The notes under the pieces were generated by a model. The model was not told the DNA's origin, ran no database searches, and was given only the letters and a program-made list of their open reading frames with translations. The position numbers and the translations under genes were made by a program. DNA of 64,000 nucleotides from Auanema rhodensis (taxonomy: Eukaryota > Animalia > Nematoda), in the NCBI GenBank assembly GCA_964057225.1, contig OZ059899.1:18538001-18602000 (forward strand), given 5' to 3'. Position 1 is the first letter of the stretch. The number at the start of each line of letters is the position of its first letter. This document shows, one piece after another, positions 27,150 to 41,525 of the stretch.

Positions 27150-30100
27150 TTGAAAAAAGATGCATTAGTGTATGTTGAGTTTCCATGTACACTCAACATT
27201 GCTTCCAAAAACATTTTGACAAAAATTTTTCCAAAAAATTTCAAAATAATTTCGCAAAAAGTAAATGTTTTTAGATTCCGTTTTTCAAGGCAAAGACGAT
27301 ACACAATGTTATTCAACAAAAAAATTAATTCTGCAGAATGAAAATCGAGGATATAAGTGTGAACTTATATCAGTTGATATCTCGGTGCATTTTTAAGCTA
27401 GCGCAAATCTGATAACACAGATCGACGCAGCTTAAAAATCCGCATCGAATGCACTATACAACATTGAGAAACGCTTAATACAAAAATTAGTTATGATCGT
27501 TTGAAAAATGATGCATTAGTGTATGTTGAGTTTCCATGTACACTCAACATTGCTTCCAAAAACATTTTGACAAAATTTTTCCGAAAAATTTCAAAATAAT
27601 TTTGCAAAAAGTAGATGTTTTTAGATTCCTTTTTTCAAGGCAAAGACGATGGACAATGTTATTCAACGAAAGAATTAATTCTCCAGGGTGAAAATCGAGG
27701 ATGTAAGTGTGAACTTATATCAGTTGATATCTCGGTGCATTTTTAAGCTAGCGCAAATCTGATAACACAGATCGACGCAGCTTAAAAAGCCGCATCGAAT
27801 GCACTATACAACATTGAGAAACGCTTAATACAAAAATTAGTTAAGATCGTTTGAAAAAAGATGCATTAGTGTATGTTGAGTTTCCATGTACACTCAACAT
27901 TGCTTCCAAAAACATTTTGACAAAAATTTTTCCAAAAAATTTCAAAATAATTTCGCAAAAAGTAAATGTTTTTAGATTCCGTTTTTCAAGGCAAAGACGA
28001 TACACAATGTTATTCAACAAAAAAATTAATTCTGCAGAATGAAAATCGAGGATATAAGTGTGAACTTATATCAGTTGATATCTCGGTGCATTTTTAAGCT
28101 AGCGCAAATCTGATAACACAGATCGACGCAGCTTAAAAATCCGCATCGAATGCACTATACAACATTGAGAAACGCTTAATACAAAAATTAGTTATGATCG
28201 TTTGAAAAAAGATGCATTAGTGTATGTTGAGTTTCCATGTACACTCAACATTGCTTCCAAAAACATTTTGACAAAAATTTTTCCAAAAAATTTCAAAATA
28301 ATTTCGCAAAAAGTAAATGTTTTTAGATTCCGTTTTTCAAGGCAAAGACGATACACAATGTTATTCAACAAAAAAATTAATTCTGCAGAATGAAAATCGA
28401 GGATATAAGTGTGAACTTATATCAGTTGATATCTCGGTGCATTTTTAAGCTAGCGCAAATCTGATAACACAGATCGACGCAGCTTAAAAATCCGCATCGA
28501 ATGCACTATACAACATTGAGAAACGCTTAATACAAAAATTAGTTATGATCGTTTGAAAAATGATGCATTAGTGTATGTTGAGTTTCCATGTACACTCAAC
28601 ATTGCTTCCAAAAACATTTTGACAAAATTTTTCCGAAAAATTTCAAAATAATTTTGCAAAAAGTAGATGTTTTTAGATTCCTTTTTTCAAGGCAAAGACG
28701 ATGGACAATGTTATTCAACGAAAGAATTAATTCTCCAGGGTGAAAATCGAGGATGTAAGTGTGAACTTATATCAGTTGATATCTCGGTGCATTTTTAAGC
28801 TAGCGCAAATCTGATAACACAGATCGACGCAGCTTAAAAAGCCGCATCGAATGCACTATACAACATTGAGAAACGCTTAATACAAAAATTAGTTAAGATC
28901 GTTTGAAAAAAGATGCATTAGTGTATGTTGAGTTTCCATGTACACTCAACATTGCTTCCAAAAACATTTTGACAAAAATTTTTCCAAAAAATTTCAAAAT
29001 AATTTCGCAAAAAGTAAATGTTTTTAGATTCCGTTTTTCAAGGCAAAGACGATACACAATGTTATTCAACAAAAAAATTAATTCTGCAGAATGAAAATCG
29101 AGGATATAAGTGTGAACTTATATCAGTTGATATCTCGGTGCATTTTTAAGCTAGCGCAAATCTGATAACACAGATCGACGCAGCTTAAAAATCCGCATCG
29201 AATGCACTATACAACATTGAGAAACGCTTAATACAAAAATTAGTTATGATCGTTTGAAAAAAGATGCATTAGTGTATGTTGAGTTTCCATGTACACTCAA
29301 CATTGCTTCCAAAAACATTTTGACAAAAATTTTTCCAAAAAATTTCAAAATAATTTCGCAAAAAGTAAATGTTTTTAGATTCCGTTTTTCAAGGCAAAGA
29401 CGATACACAATGTTATTCAACAAAAAAATTAATTCTGCAGAATGAAAATCGAGGATATAAGTGTGAACTTATATCAGTTGATATCTCGGTGCATTTTTAA
29501 GCTAGCGCAAATCTGATAACACAGATCGACGCAGCTTAAAAATCCGCATCGAATGCACTATACAACATTGAGAAACGCTTAATACAAAAATTAGTTATGA
29601 TCGTTTGAAAAATGATGCATTAGTGTATGTTGAGTTTCCATGTACACTCAACATTGCTTCCAAAAACATTTTGACAAAATTTTTCCGAAAAATTTCAAAA
29701 TAATTTTGCAAAAAGTAGATGTTTTTAGATTCCTTTTTTCAAGGCAAAGACGATGGACAATGTTATTCAACGAAAGAATTAATTCTCCAGGGTGAAAATC
29801 GAGGATGTAAGTGTGAACTTATATCAGTTGATATCTCGGTGCATTTTTAAGCTAGCGCAAATCTGATAACACAGATCGACGCAGCTTAAAAAGCCGCATC
29901 GAATGCACTATACAACATTGAGAAACGCTTAATACAAAAATTAGTTAAGATCGTTTGAAAAAAGATGCATTAGTGTATGTTGAGTTTCCATGTACACTCA
30001 ACATTGCTTCCAAAAACATTTTGACAAAAATTTTTCCAAAAAATTTCAAAATAATTTCGCAAAAAGTAAATGTTTTTAGATTCCGTTTTTCAAGGCAAAG

Positions 30101-32759
30101 ACGATGGACAAAGTTATTCAACGAAAGAATTAATTCTCCAGGGTGAAAATCGAGGATGTAAGTGTGAACTTATATCAGTTGATATCTCGGTGCATTTTTA
30201 AGCTAGCGCAAATCTGATAACACAGATCGACGCAGCTTAAAAAGCCGCATCGAATGCACTATACAACATTGAGAAACGCTTAATACAAAAATTAGTTATG
30301 ATCGTTTGAAAAATGATGCATTAGTGTATGTTGAGTTTCCATGTACACTCAACATTGCTTCCAAAAACATTTTGACAAAAATTTTTCTAAAAAATTTCAA
30401 AATAATTTCGCAAAAAGTAAATGTTTTTAGATTCCGTTTTTCAAGGCAAAGACGATACACAATGTTATTCAACAAAAAAATTAATTCTGCAGAATGAAAA
30501 TCGAGGATATAAGTGTGAACTTATATCAGTTGATATCTCGGTGCATTTTTAAGCTAGCGCAAATCTGATAACACAGATCGACGCAGCTTAAAAATCCGCA
30601 TCGAATGCACTATACAACATTGAGAAACGCTTAATACAAAAATTAGTTATGATCGTTTGAAAAATGATGCATTAGTGTATGTTGAGTTTCCATGTACACT
30701 CAACATTGCTTCCAAAAACATTTTGACAAAATTTTTCCGAAAAATTTCAAAATAATTTTGCAAAAAGTAGATGTTTTTAGATTCCTTTTTTCAAGGCAAA
30801 GACGATGGACAATGTTATTCAACGAAAGAATTAATTCTCCAGGGTGAAAATCGAGGATGTAAGTGTGAACTTATATCAGTTGATATCTCGGTGCATTTTT
30901 AAGCTAGCGCAAATCTGATAACACAGATCGACGCAGCTTAAAAAGCCGCATCGAATGCACTATACAACATTGAGAAACGCTTAATACAAAAATTAGTTAA
31001 GATCGTTTGAAAAAAGATGCATTAGTGTATGTTGAGTTTCCATGTACACTCAACATTGCTTCCAAAAACATTTTGACAAAAATTTTTCCAAAAAATTTCA
31101 AAATAATTTCGCAAAAAGTAAATGTTTTTAGATTCCGTTTTTCAAGGCAAAGACGATACACAATGTTATTCAACAAAAAAATTAATTCTGCAGAATGAAA
31201 ATCGAGGATATAAGTGTGAACTTATATCAGTTGATATCTCGGTGCATTTTTAAGCTAGCGCAAATCTGATAACACAGATCGACGCAGCTTAAAAATCCGC
31301 ATCGAATGCACTATACAACATTGAGAAACGCTTAATACAAAAATTAGTTATGATCGTTTGAAAAAAGATGCATTAGTGTATGTTGAGTTTCCATGTACAC
31401 TCAACATTGCTTCCAAAAACATTTTGACAAAAATTTTTCCAAAAAATTTCAAAATAATTTCGCAAAAAGTAAATGTTTTTAGATTCCGTTTTTCAAGGCA
31501 AAGACGATACACAATGTTATTCAACAAAAAAATTAATTCTGCAGAATGAAAATCGAGGATATAAGTGTGAACTTATATCAGTTGATATCTCGGTGCATTT
31601 TTAAGCTAGCGCAAATCTGATAACACAGATCGACGCAGCTTAAAAATCCGCATCGAATGCACTATACAACATTGAGAAACGCTTAATACAAAAATTAGTT
31701 ATGATCGTTTGAAAAATGATGCATTAGTGTATGTTGAGTTTCCATGTACACTCAACATTGCTTCCAAAAACATTTTGACAAAATTTTTCCGAAAAATTTC
31801 AAAATAATTTTGCAAAAAGTAGATGTTTTTAGATTCCTTTTTTCAAGGCAAAGACGATGGACAATGTTATTCAACGAAAGAATTAATTCTCCAGGGTGAA
31901 AATCGAGGATGTAAGTGTGAACTTATATCAGTTGATATCTCGGTGCATTTTTAAGCTAGCGCAAATCTGATAACACAGATCGACGCAGCTTAAAAAGCCG
32001 CATCGAATGCACTATACAACATTGAGAAACGCTTAATACAAAAATTAGTTAAGATCGTTTGAAAAAAGATGCATTAGTGTATGTTGAGTTTCCATGTACA
32101 CTCAACATTGCTTCCAAAAACATTTTGACAAAAATTTTTCCAAAAAATTTCAAAATAATTTCGCAAAAAGTAAATGTTTTTAGATTCCGTTTTTCAAGGC
32201 AAAGACGATACACAATGTTATTCAACAAAAAAATTAATTCTGCAGAATGAAAATCGAGGATATAAGTGTGAACTTATATCAGTTGATATCTCGGTGCATT
32301 TTTAAGCTAGCGCAAATCTGATAACACAGATCGACGCAGCTTAAAAATCCGCATCGAATGCACTATACAACATTGAGAAACGCTTAATACAAAAATTAGT
32401 TATGATCGTTTGAAAAATGATGCATTAGTGTATGTTGAGTTTCCATGTACACTCAACATTGCTTCCAAAAACATTTTGACAAAATTTTTCCGAAAAATTT
32501 CAAAATAATTTTGCAAAAAGTAGATGTTTTTAGATTCCTTTTTTCAAGGCAAAGACGATGGACAATGTTATTCAACGAAAGAATTAATTCTCCAGGGTGA
32601 AAATCGAGGATGTAAGTGTGAACTTATATCAGTTGATATCTCGGTGCATTTTTAAGCTAGCGCAAATCTGATAACACAGATCGACGCAGCTTAACAATCC
32701 GCATCGAATGCACTATACAACATTGAGAAACGCTTAATACAAAAATTAGTTATGATCGT
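27150..32759. repeat. 3-mer higher-order repeat (1052 bp = 351+351+350), about 5 copies
   Basis: The AAAAAGCCGC marker falls at 27789, 28841, 29893, 30945 and 31997, each 1052 bp apart. Confidence 0.93.
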
Positions 32760-35700
32760 TTGAAAAATGATGCATTAGTGTATGTTGAGTTTCCATGTAC
32801 ACTCAACATTGCTTCCAAAAACATTTTTACAAAAATTTTTCCGGAAAATTTCGAAACAATTTCGCAAAAAGTAGATGTTTTTAGATTCCTTTTTTCAAGG
32901 CAAAGACGATGGACAATGTTATTCAACGAAAAAATTAATTCTGCAGGGTGAAAATCGAGGATATAAGTGTGAACTTATATCAGTTGATATCTCGGTGCAT
33001 TTTTAAGGTAGCGCAAATCTGATAACACAGATCGACGCAGCTTAAAAATCCGCATCGAATGCACTATACTACATTGAAAAACGCTTAATACAAAAATTAG
33101 TTATGATCGTTTGAAAAAAGATGCATTAGTGTATGTTGAGTTTCCATGTATACTCAACATTGCTTCCAAAAACATTTTGACAAAAATTTTTCCCAAAAAT
33201 TTCAAAATAATTTCGCAAAAAGGAGATGTTTTTAGATTCCTTTTCTCAGGGCAAAGACGATGGACAAAGTTATTCAACGAAAAAATTAATTCTGCAGGGT
33301 GAAAATCGAGGATATAAGTGTGAACTTATATCAGTTGATATCTCGGTGCATTTTTAAGCTAGCGCAAATCGGATAACACAGATCGACGCAGCTTAAAAAT
33401 CCGCATCGAATGCACTATACAACATTGAGAAACGCTTAATACAAAAATTAGTTAAGATCGTTTGAAAAAAGATGCATTAGTGTATGTTGAGTTTCCATGT
33501 ACACTCAACATTGCTTCCAAAAACATTTTGACAAAAATTTTTCCAAAAAATTTCAAAATAATTTCGCAAAAAGTAAATGTTTTTAGATTCCGTTTTTCAA
33601 GGCAAAGACGATACACAATGTTATTCAACAAAAAAATTAATTCTGCAGAATGAAAATCGAGGATATAAGTGTGAACTTATATCAGTTGATATCTCGGTGC
33701 ATTTTTAAGCTAGCGCAAATCTGATAACACAGATCGACGCAGCTTAAAAATCCGCATCGAATGCACTATACAACATTGAGAAACGCTTAATACAAAAATT
33801 AGTTATGATCGTTTGAAAAATGATGCATTAGTGTATGTTGAGTTTCCATGTACACTCAACATTGCTTCCAAAAACATTTTGACAAAATTTTTCCGAAAAA
33901 TTTCAAAATAATTTTGCAAAAAGTAGATGTTTTTAGATTCCTTTTTTCAAGGCAAAGACGATGGACAATGTTATTCAACGAAAGAATTAATTCTCCAGGG
34001 TGAAAATCGAGGATGTAAGTGTGAACTTATATCAGTTGATATCTCGGTGCATTTTTAAGCTAGCGCAAATCTGATAACACAGATCGACGCAGCTTAAAAA
34101 TCCGCATCGAATGCACTATACAACATTGAGAAACGCTTAATACAAAAATTAGTTATGATCGTTCGAAAAATGATGCATTAGTGTATGTTGAGTTTCCATG
34201 TACACTCAACATTGCTTCCAAAAACATTTTGACAAAATTTTTCCGAAAAATTTCAAAATAATTTCGCAAAAAGTAGATGTTTTTAGATTCCTTTTTTCAA
34301 GGCAAAGACGATGGACAATGTTATTCAACGAAAAAATTAATTCTGCAGGGTGAAAATCGAGGATATAAGTGTGAACTTATATCAGTTGATATCTCGGTGC
34401 ATTTTTAAGGTAGCGCAAATCTGATAACACAGATCGACGCAGCTTAAAAATCCGCATCGAATGCACTATACTACATTGAAAAACGCTTAATACAAAAGTT
34501 AGTTATGATCGTTTGAAAAATGATGCATTAGTGTATGTTGAGTTTCCATGTACACTCAACATTGCTTCCAAAAACATTTTGACAAAAATTTTTCCGAAAA
34601 ATTTTAAAATAATTTCGCAAAAAGTAGATGTTTTTAGATTCCTTTTTTCAAGGCAAAGACGATGGACAATGTTATTCAACGAAAAAATTAATTCTGCAGG
34701 GTGAAAATCGAGGATATAAGTGTGAACTTATATCAGTTGATATCTCGGTGCATTTTTAAGGTAGCGCAAATCTGATAACACAGATCGACGCAGCTTAAAA
34801 ATCCGCATCGAATGCACTATACAACAGTGAGAAACGCTTAATACAAAAATTAGTTATGATCGTTTGAAAAAAGATGCATTAGTGTATGTTGAGTTTCCAT
34901 GTATACTCAACATTGCTTCCAAAAACATTTTGAAAAAAATTTTTCCGAAAAATTTCAAAATAATTTCGCAAAAAGGAGATGTTTTTAGATTCCTTTTTTC
35001 AAGGCAAAGACGATGGACAAAGTTATTCAACGAAAAAATTAATTCTGCAGGGTGAAAATCGAGGATATAAGTGTGAACTTATATCAGTTGATATCTCGGT
35101 GCATTTTTAAGCTAGCGCAAATCTGATAACACAGATCGACGCAGCTTAAAAATCCGCATCGAATGCACTATACAACAGTGAGAAACGCTTAATACAAAAA
35201 TTAGTTATGATCGTTTGAAAAATGATGCATTAGTGTATGTTGAGTTTCCATGTACACTCAACATTGCTTTCAAAAACATTTTGACAAAAATTTTTCCGAA
35301 AAATTTCAAAATAATTTTGCAAAAAGTAGATGTTTTTAGATTCCTTTTTTCAAGGCAAAGACGATGGACAATGTTATTCAACAAAAAAATTAATTCTCCA
35401 GGGTGAAAATCGAGGATGTAAGTGTGAACTTATATCAGTTGATATCTCGGTGCATTTTTAAGCTAGCGCAAATCTGATAACACAGATCGACGCAGCTTAA
35501 AATTCCGCATCGAATGCACTATACAACATTGAGAAACGCTTAATACAAAAATTAGTTATGATCGTTTGAAAAATGATGCATTAGTGTATGTTGAGTTTCC
35601 ATGTACACTCAACATTGCTTCCAAAAACATTTTTACAAAAATTTTTCCGGAAAATTTCGAAACAATTTCGCAAAAAGTAGATGTTTTTAGATTCCTTTTT

Positions 35701-38700
35701 TCAAGGCAAAGACGATGGACAATGTTATTCAACGAAAAAATTAATTCTGCAGGGTGAAAATCGAGGATATAAGTGTGAACTTATATCAGTTGTTATCTCG
35801 GTGCATTTTTAAGCTAGCGCAAATCTGATAACACAGATCGACGCAGCTTAAAAATCCGCATCGAATGCACTATACTACATTGAAAAACGCTTAATACAAA
35901 AATTAGTTATGATCGTTTGAAAAAAGATGCATTAGTGTATGTTGAGTTTCCATGTATACTCAACATTGCTTCCAAAAACATTTTGACAAAAATTTTTCCC
36001 AAAAATTTCAAAATAATTTCGCAAAAAGGAGATGTTTTTAGATTCCTTTTCTCAGGGCAAAGACGATGGACAAAGTTATTCAACGAAAAAATTAATTCTG
36101 CAGGGTGAAAATCGAGGATATAAGTGTGAACTTATATCAGTTGATATCTCGGTGCATTTTTAAGCTAGCGCAAATCTGATAACACAGATCGACGCAGCTT
36201 AAAAATCCGCATCGAATGCACTATACAACATTGAGAAACGCTTAATACAAAAATTAGTTAAGATCGTTTGAAAAAAGATGCATTAGTGTATGTTGAGTTT
36301 CCATGTACACTCAACATTGCTTCCAAAAACATTTTGACAAAAATTTTTCCAAAAAATTTCAAAATAATTTCGCAAAAAGTAAATGTTTTTAGATTCCGTT
36401 TTTCAAGGCAAAGACGATACACAATGTTATTCAACAAAAAAATTAATTCTGCAGAATGAAAATCGAGGATATAAGTGTGAACTTATATCAGTTGATATCT
36501 CGGTGCATTTTTAAGCTAGCGCAAATCTGATAACACAGATCGACGCAGCTTAAAAATCCGCATCGAATGCACTATACAACATTGAGAAACGCTTAATACA
36601 AAAATTAGTTATGATCGTTTGAAAAATGATGCATTAGTGTATGTTGAGTTTCCATGTACACTCAACATTGCTTCCAAAAACATTTTGACAAAATTTTTCC
36701 GAAAAATTTCAAAATAATTTTGCAAAAAGTAGATGTTTTTAGATTCCTTTTTTCAAGGCAAAGACGATGGACAATGTTATTCAACGAAAGAATTAATTCT
36801 CCAGGGTGAAAATCGAGGATGTAAGTGTGAACTTATATCAGTTGATATCTCGGTGCATTTTTAAGCTAGCGCAAATCTGATAACACAGATCGACGCAGCT
36901 TAAAAATCCGCATCGAATGCACTATACAACATTGAGAAACGCTTAATACAAAAATTAGTTATGATCGTTTGAAAAATGATGCATTAGTGTATGTTGAGTT
37001 TCCATGTACACTCAACATTGCTTCCAAAAACATTTTGACAAAATTTTTCCGAAAAATTTCAAAATAATTTCGCAAAAAGTAGATGTTTTTAGATTCCTTT
37101 TTTCAAGGCAAAGACGATGGACAATGTTATTCAACGAAAAAATTAATTCTGCAGGGTGAAAATCGAGGATATAAGTGTGAACTTATATCAGTTGATATCT
37201 CGGTGCATTTTTAAGGTAGCGCAAATCTGATAACACAGATCGACGCAGCTTAAAAATCCGCATCGAATGCACTATACTACATTGAAAAACGCTTAATACA
37301 AAAATTAGTTATGATCGTTTGAAAAAAGATGCATTAGTGTATGTTGAGTTTCCATGTATACTCAACATTGCTTCCAAAAACATTTTGACAAAAATTTTTC
37401 CGAAAAATTTCAAAATAATTTCGCAAAAAGGAGATGTTTTTAGATTCCTTTTTTCAAGGCAAAGACGATGGACAAAGTTATTCAACGAAAAAATTAATTC
37501 TGCAGGGTGAAAATCGAGGATATAAGTGTGAACTTATATCAGTTGATATCTCGGTGCATTTTTAAGCTAGCGCAAATCTGATAACACAGATCGACGCAGC
37601 TTAAAAATCCGCATCGAATGCACTATACAACAGTGAGAAACGCTTAATACAAAAATTAGTTATGATCGTTTGAAAAATGATGCATTAGTGTATGTTGAGT
37701 TTCCATGTACACTCAACATTGCTTCCAAAAACATTTTGACAAAATTTTTCCGAAAAATTTCAAAATAATTTTGCAAAAAGTAGATGTTTTTAGATTCCTT
37801 TTTTCAAGGCAAAGACGATGGACAATGTTATTCAACGAAAGAATTAATTCTCCAGGGTGAAAATCGAGGATGTAAGTGTGAACTTATATCAGTTGATATC
37901 TCGGTGCATTTTTAAGCTAGCGCAAATCTGATAACACAGATCGACGCAGCTTAAAAATCCGCATCGAATGCACTATACAACATTGAGAAACGCTTAATAC
38001 AAAAATTAGTTATGATCGTTTGAAAAATGATGCATTAGTGTATGTTGAGTTTCCATGTACACTCAACATTGCTTCCAAAAACATTTTTACAAAAATTTTT
38101 CCGGAAAATTTCGAAACAATTTCGCAAAAAGTAGATGTTTTTAGATTCCTTTTTTCAAGGCAAAGACGATGGACAATGTTATTCAACGAAAAAATTAATT
38201 CTGCAGGGTGAAAATCGAGGATATAAGTGTGAACTTATATCAGTTGATATCTCGGTGCATTTTTAAGGTAGCGCAAATCTGATAACACAGATCGACGCAG
38301 CTTAAAAATCCGCATCGAATGCACTATACAACATTGAGAAACGCTTAATACAAAAATTAGTTAAGATCGTTTGAAAAAAGATGCATTAGTGTATGTTGAG
38401 TTTCCATGTACACTCAACATTGCTTCCAAAAACATTTTGACAAAAATTTTTCCAAAAAATTTCAAAATAATTTCGCAAAAAGTAAATGTTTTTAGATTCC
38501 GTTTTTCAAGGCAAAGACGATACACAATGTTATTCAACAAAAAAATTAATTCTGCAGAATGAAAATCGAGGATATAAGTGTGAACTTATATCAGTTGATA
38601 TCTCGGTGCATTTTTAAGCTAGCGCAAATCTGATAACACAGATCGACGCAGCTTAAAAATCCGCATCGAATGCACTATACAACATTGAGAAACGCTTAAT

Positions 38701-41525
38701 ACAAAAATTAGTTATGATCGTTTGAAAAATGATGCATTAGTGTATGTTGAGTTTCCATGTACACTCAACATTGCTTCCAAAAACATTTTGACAAAATTTT
38801 TCCGAAAAATTTCAAAATAATTTTGCAAAAAGTAGATGTTTTTAGATTCCTTTTTTCAAGGCAAAGACGATGGACAATGTTATTCAACGAAAGAATTAAT
38901 TCTCCAGGGTGAAAATCGAGGATGTAAGTGTGAACTTATATCAGTTGATATCTCGGTGCATTTTTAAGCTAGCGCAAATCTGATAACACAGATCGACGCA
39001 GCTTAAAAATCCGCATCGAATGCACTATACAACATTGAGAAACGCTTAATACAAAAATTAGTTATGATCGTTTGAAAAATGATGCATTAGTGTATGTTGA
39101 GTTTCCATGTACACTCAACATTGCTTCCAAAAACATTTTGACAAAATTTTTCCGAAAAATTTCAGAATAATTTCGCAAAAAGTAGATGTTTTTAGATTCC
39201 TTTTTTCAAGGCAAAGACGATGGACAATGTTATTCAACGAAAAAATTAATTCTGCAGGGTGAAAATCGAGGATATAAGTGTAAACTTATATCAGTTGATA
39301 TCTCGGTGCATTTTTAAGGTAGCGCAAATCTGATAACACAGATCGACGCAGCTTAAAAATCCGCATCGAATGCACTATACAACAGTGAGAAACGCTTAAT
39401 ACAAAAATTAGTTATGATCGTTTGAAAAAAGATGCATTAGTGTATGTTGAGTTTCCATGTATACTCAACATTGCTTCCAAAAACATTTTGACAAAAATTT
39501 TTCCGAAAAATTTCAAAATAATTTCGCAAAAAGGAGATGTTTTTAGATTCCTTTTTTCAAGGCAAAGACGATGGACAAAGTTATTCAACGAAAAAATTAA
39601 TTCTGCAGGGTGAAAATCGAGGATATAAGTGTGAACTTATATCAGTTGATATCTCGGTGCATTTTTAAGCTAGCGCAAATCTGATAACACAGATCGACGC
39701 AGCTTAAAAATCCGCATCGAATGCACTATACAACAGTGAGAAACGCTTAATACAAAAATTAGTTATGATCGTTTGAAAAATGATGCATTAGTGTATGTTG
39801 AGTTTCCATGTACACTCAACATTGCTTTCAAAAACATTTTGACAAAAATTTTTCCGAAAAATTTCAAAATAATTTTGCAAAAAGTAGATGTTTTTAGATT
39901 CCGTTTTTCAAGGCAAAGACGATACACAATGTTATTCAACAAAAAAATTAATTCTGCAGAATGAAAATCGAGGATATAAGTGTGAACTTATATCAGTTGA
40001 TATCTCGGTGCATTTTTAAGCTAGCGCAAATCTGATAACACAGATCGACGCAGCTTAAAAATCCGCATCGAATGCACTATACAACATTGAGAAACGCTTA
40101 ATACAAAAATTAGTTATGATCGTTTGAAAAATGATGCATTAGTGTATGTTGAGTTTCCATGTACACTCAACATTGCTTCCAAAAACATTTTGACAAAATT
40201 TTTTCGAAAAATTTCAAAATAATTTTGCAAAAAGTAGATGTTTTTAGATTCCTTTTTTCAAGGCAAAGACGATGGACAATGTTATTCAACGAAAGAATTA
40301 ATTCTCCAGGGTGAAAATCGAGGATGTAAGTGTGAACTTATATCAGTTGATATCTCGGTGCATTTTTAAGCTAGCGCAAATCTGATAACACAGATCGACG
40401 CAGCTTAAAAAGCCGCATCGAATGCACTATACAACATTGAGAAACGCTTAATACAAAAATTAGTTAAGATCGTTTGAAAAAAGATGCATTAGTGTATGTT
40501 GAGTTTCCATGTACACTCAACATTGCTTCCAAAAACATTTTGACAAAAATTTTTCCAAAAAATTTCAAAATAATTTCGCAAAAAGTAAATGTTTTTAGAT
40601 TCCGTTTTTCAAGGCAAAGACGATACACAATGTTATTCAACGAAAAAATTAATTCTGCAGGGTGAAAATCGAGGATATAAGTGTGAACTTATATCAGTTG
40701 ATATCTCGGTGCATTTTTAAGCTAGCGCAAATCTGATAACACAGATCGACGCAGCTCAAAAATCCGCATCGAATGCACTATACAACATTGAGAAACGCTT
40801 AATACAAAAATTAGTTATGATCGTTTGAAAAATGATGCATTAGTGTATGTTGAGTTTCCATGTACACTCAACATTGCTTCCAAAAACATTTTGACAAAAT
40901 TTTTCCGAAAAATTTCAAAATAATTTTGCAAAAAGTAGATGTTTTTAGATTCCTTTTTTCAAGGCAAAGACGATGGACAATGTTATTCAACGAAAGAATT
41001 AATTCTCCAGGGTGAAAATCGAGGATGTAAGTGTGAACTTATATCAGTTGATATCTCGGTGCATTTTTAAGCTAGCGCAAATCTGATAACACAGATCGAC
41101 GCAGCTTAAAAATCCGCATCGAATGCACTATACAACATTGAGAAACGCTTAATACAAAAATTAGTTATGATCGTTTGAAAAATGATGCATTAGTGTATGT
41201 TGAGTTTCCATGTACACTCAACATTGCTTCCAAAAACATTTTTACAAAAATTTTTCCGGAAAATTTCGAAACAATTTCGCAAAAAGTAGATGTTTTTAGA
41301 TTCCTTTTTTCAAGGCAAAGACGATGGACAATGTTATTCAACGAAAAAATTAATTCTGCAGGGTGAAAATCGAGGATATAAGTGTGAACTTATATCAGTT
41401 GATATCTCGGTGCATTTTTAAGCTAGCGCAAATCTGATAACACAGATCGACGCAGCTTAAAAATCCGCATCGAATGCACTATACAACATTGAGAAACGCT
41501 TAATACAAAAATTAGTTAAGATCGT

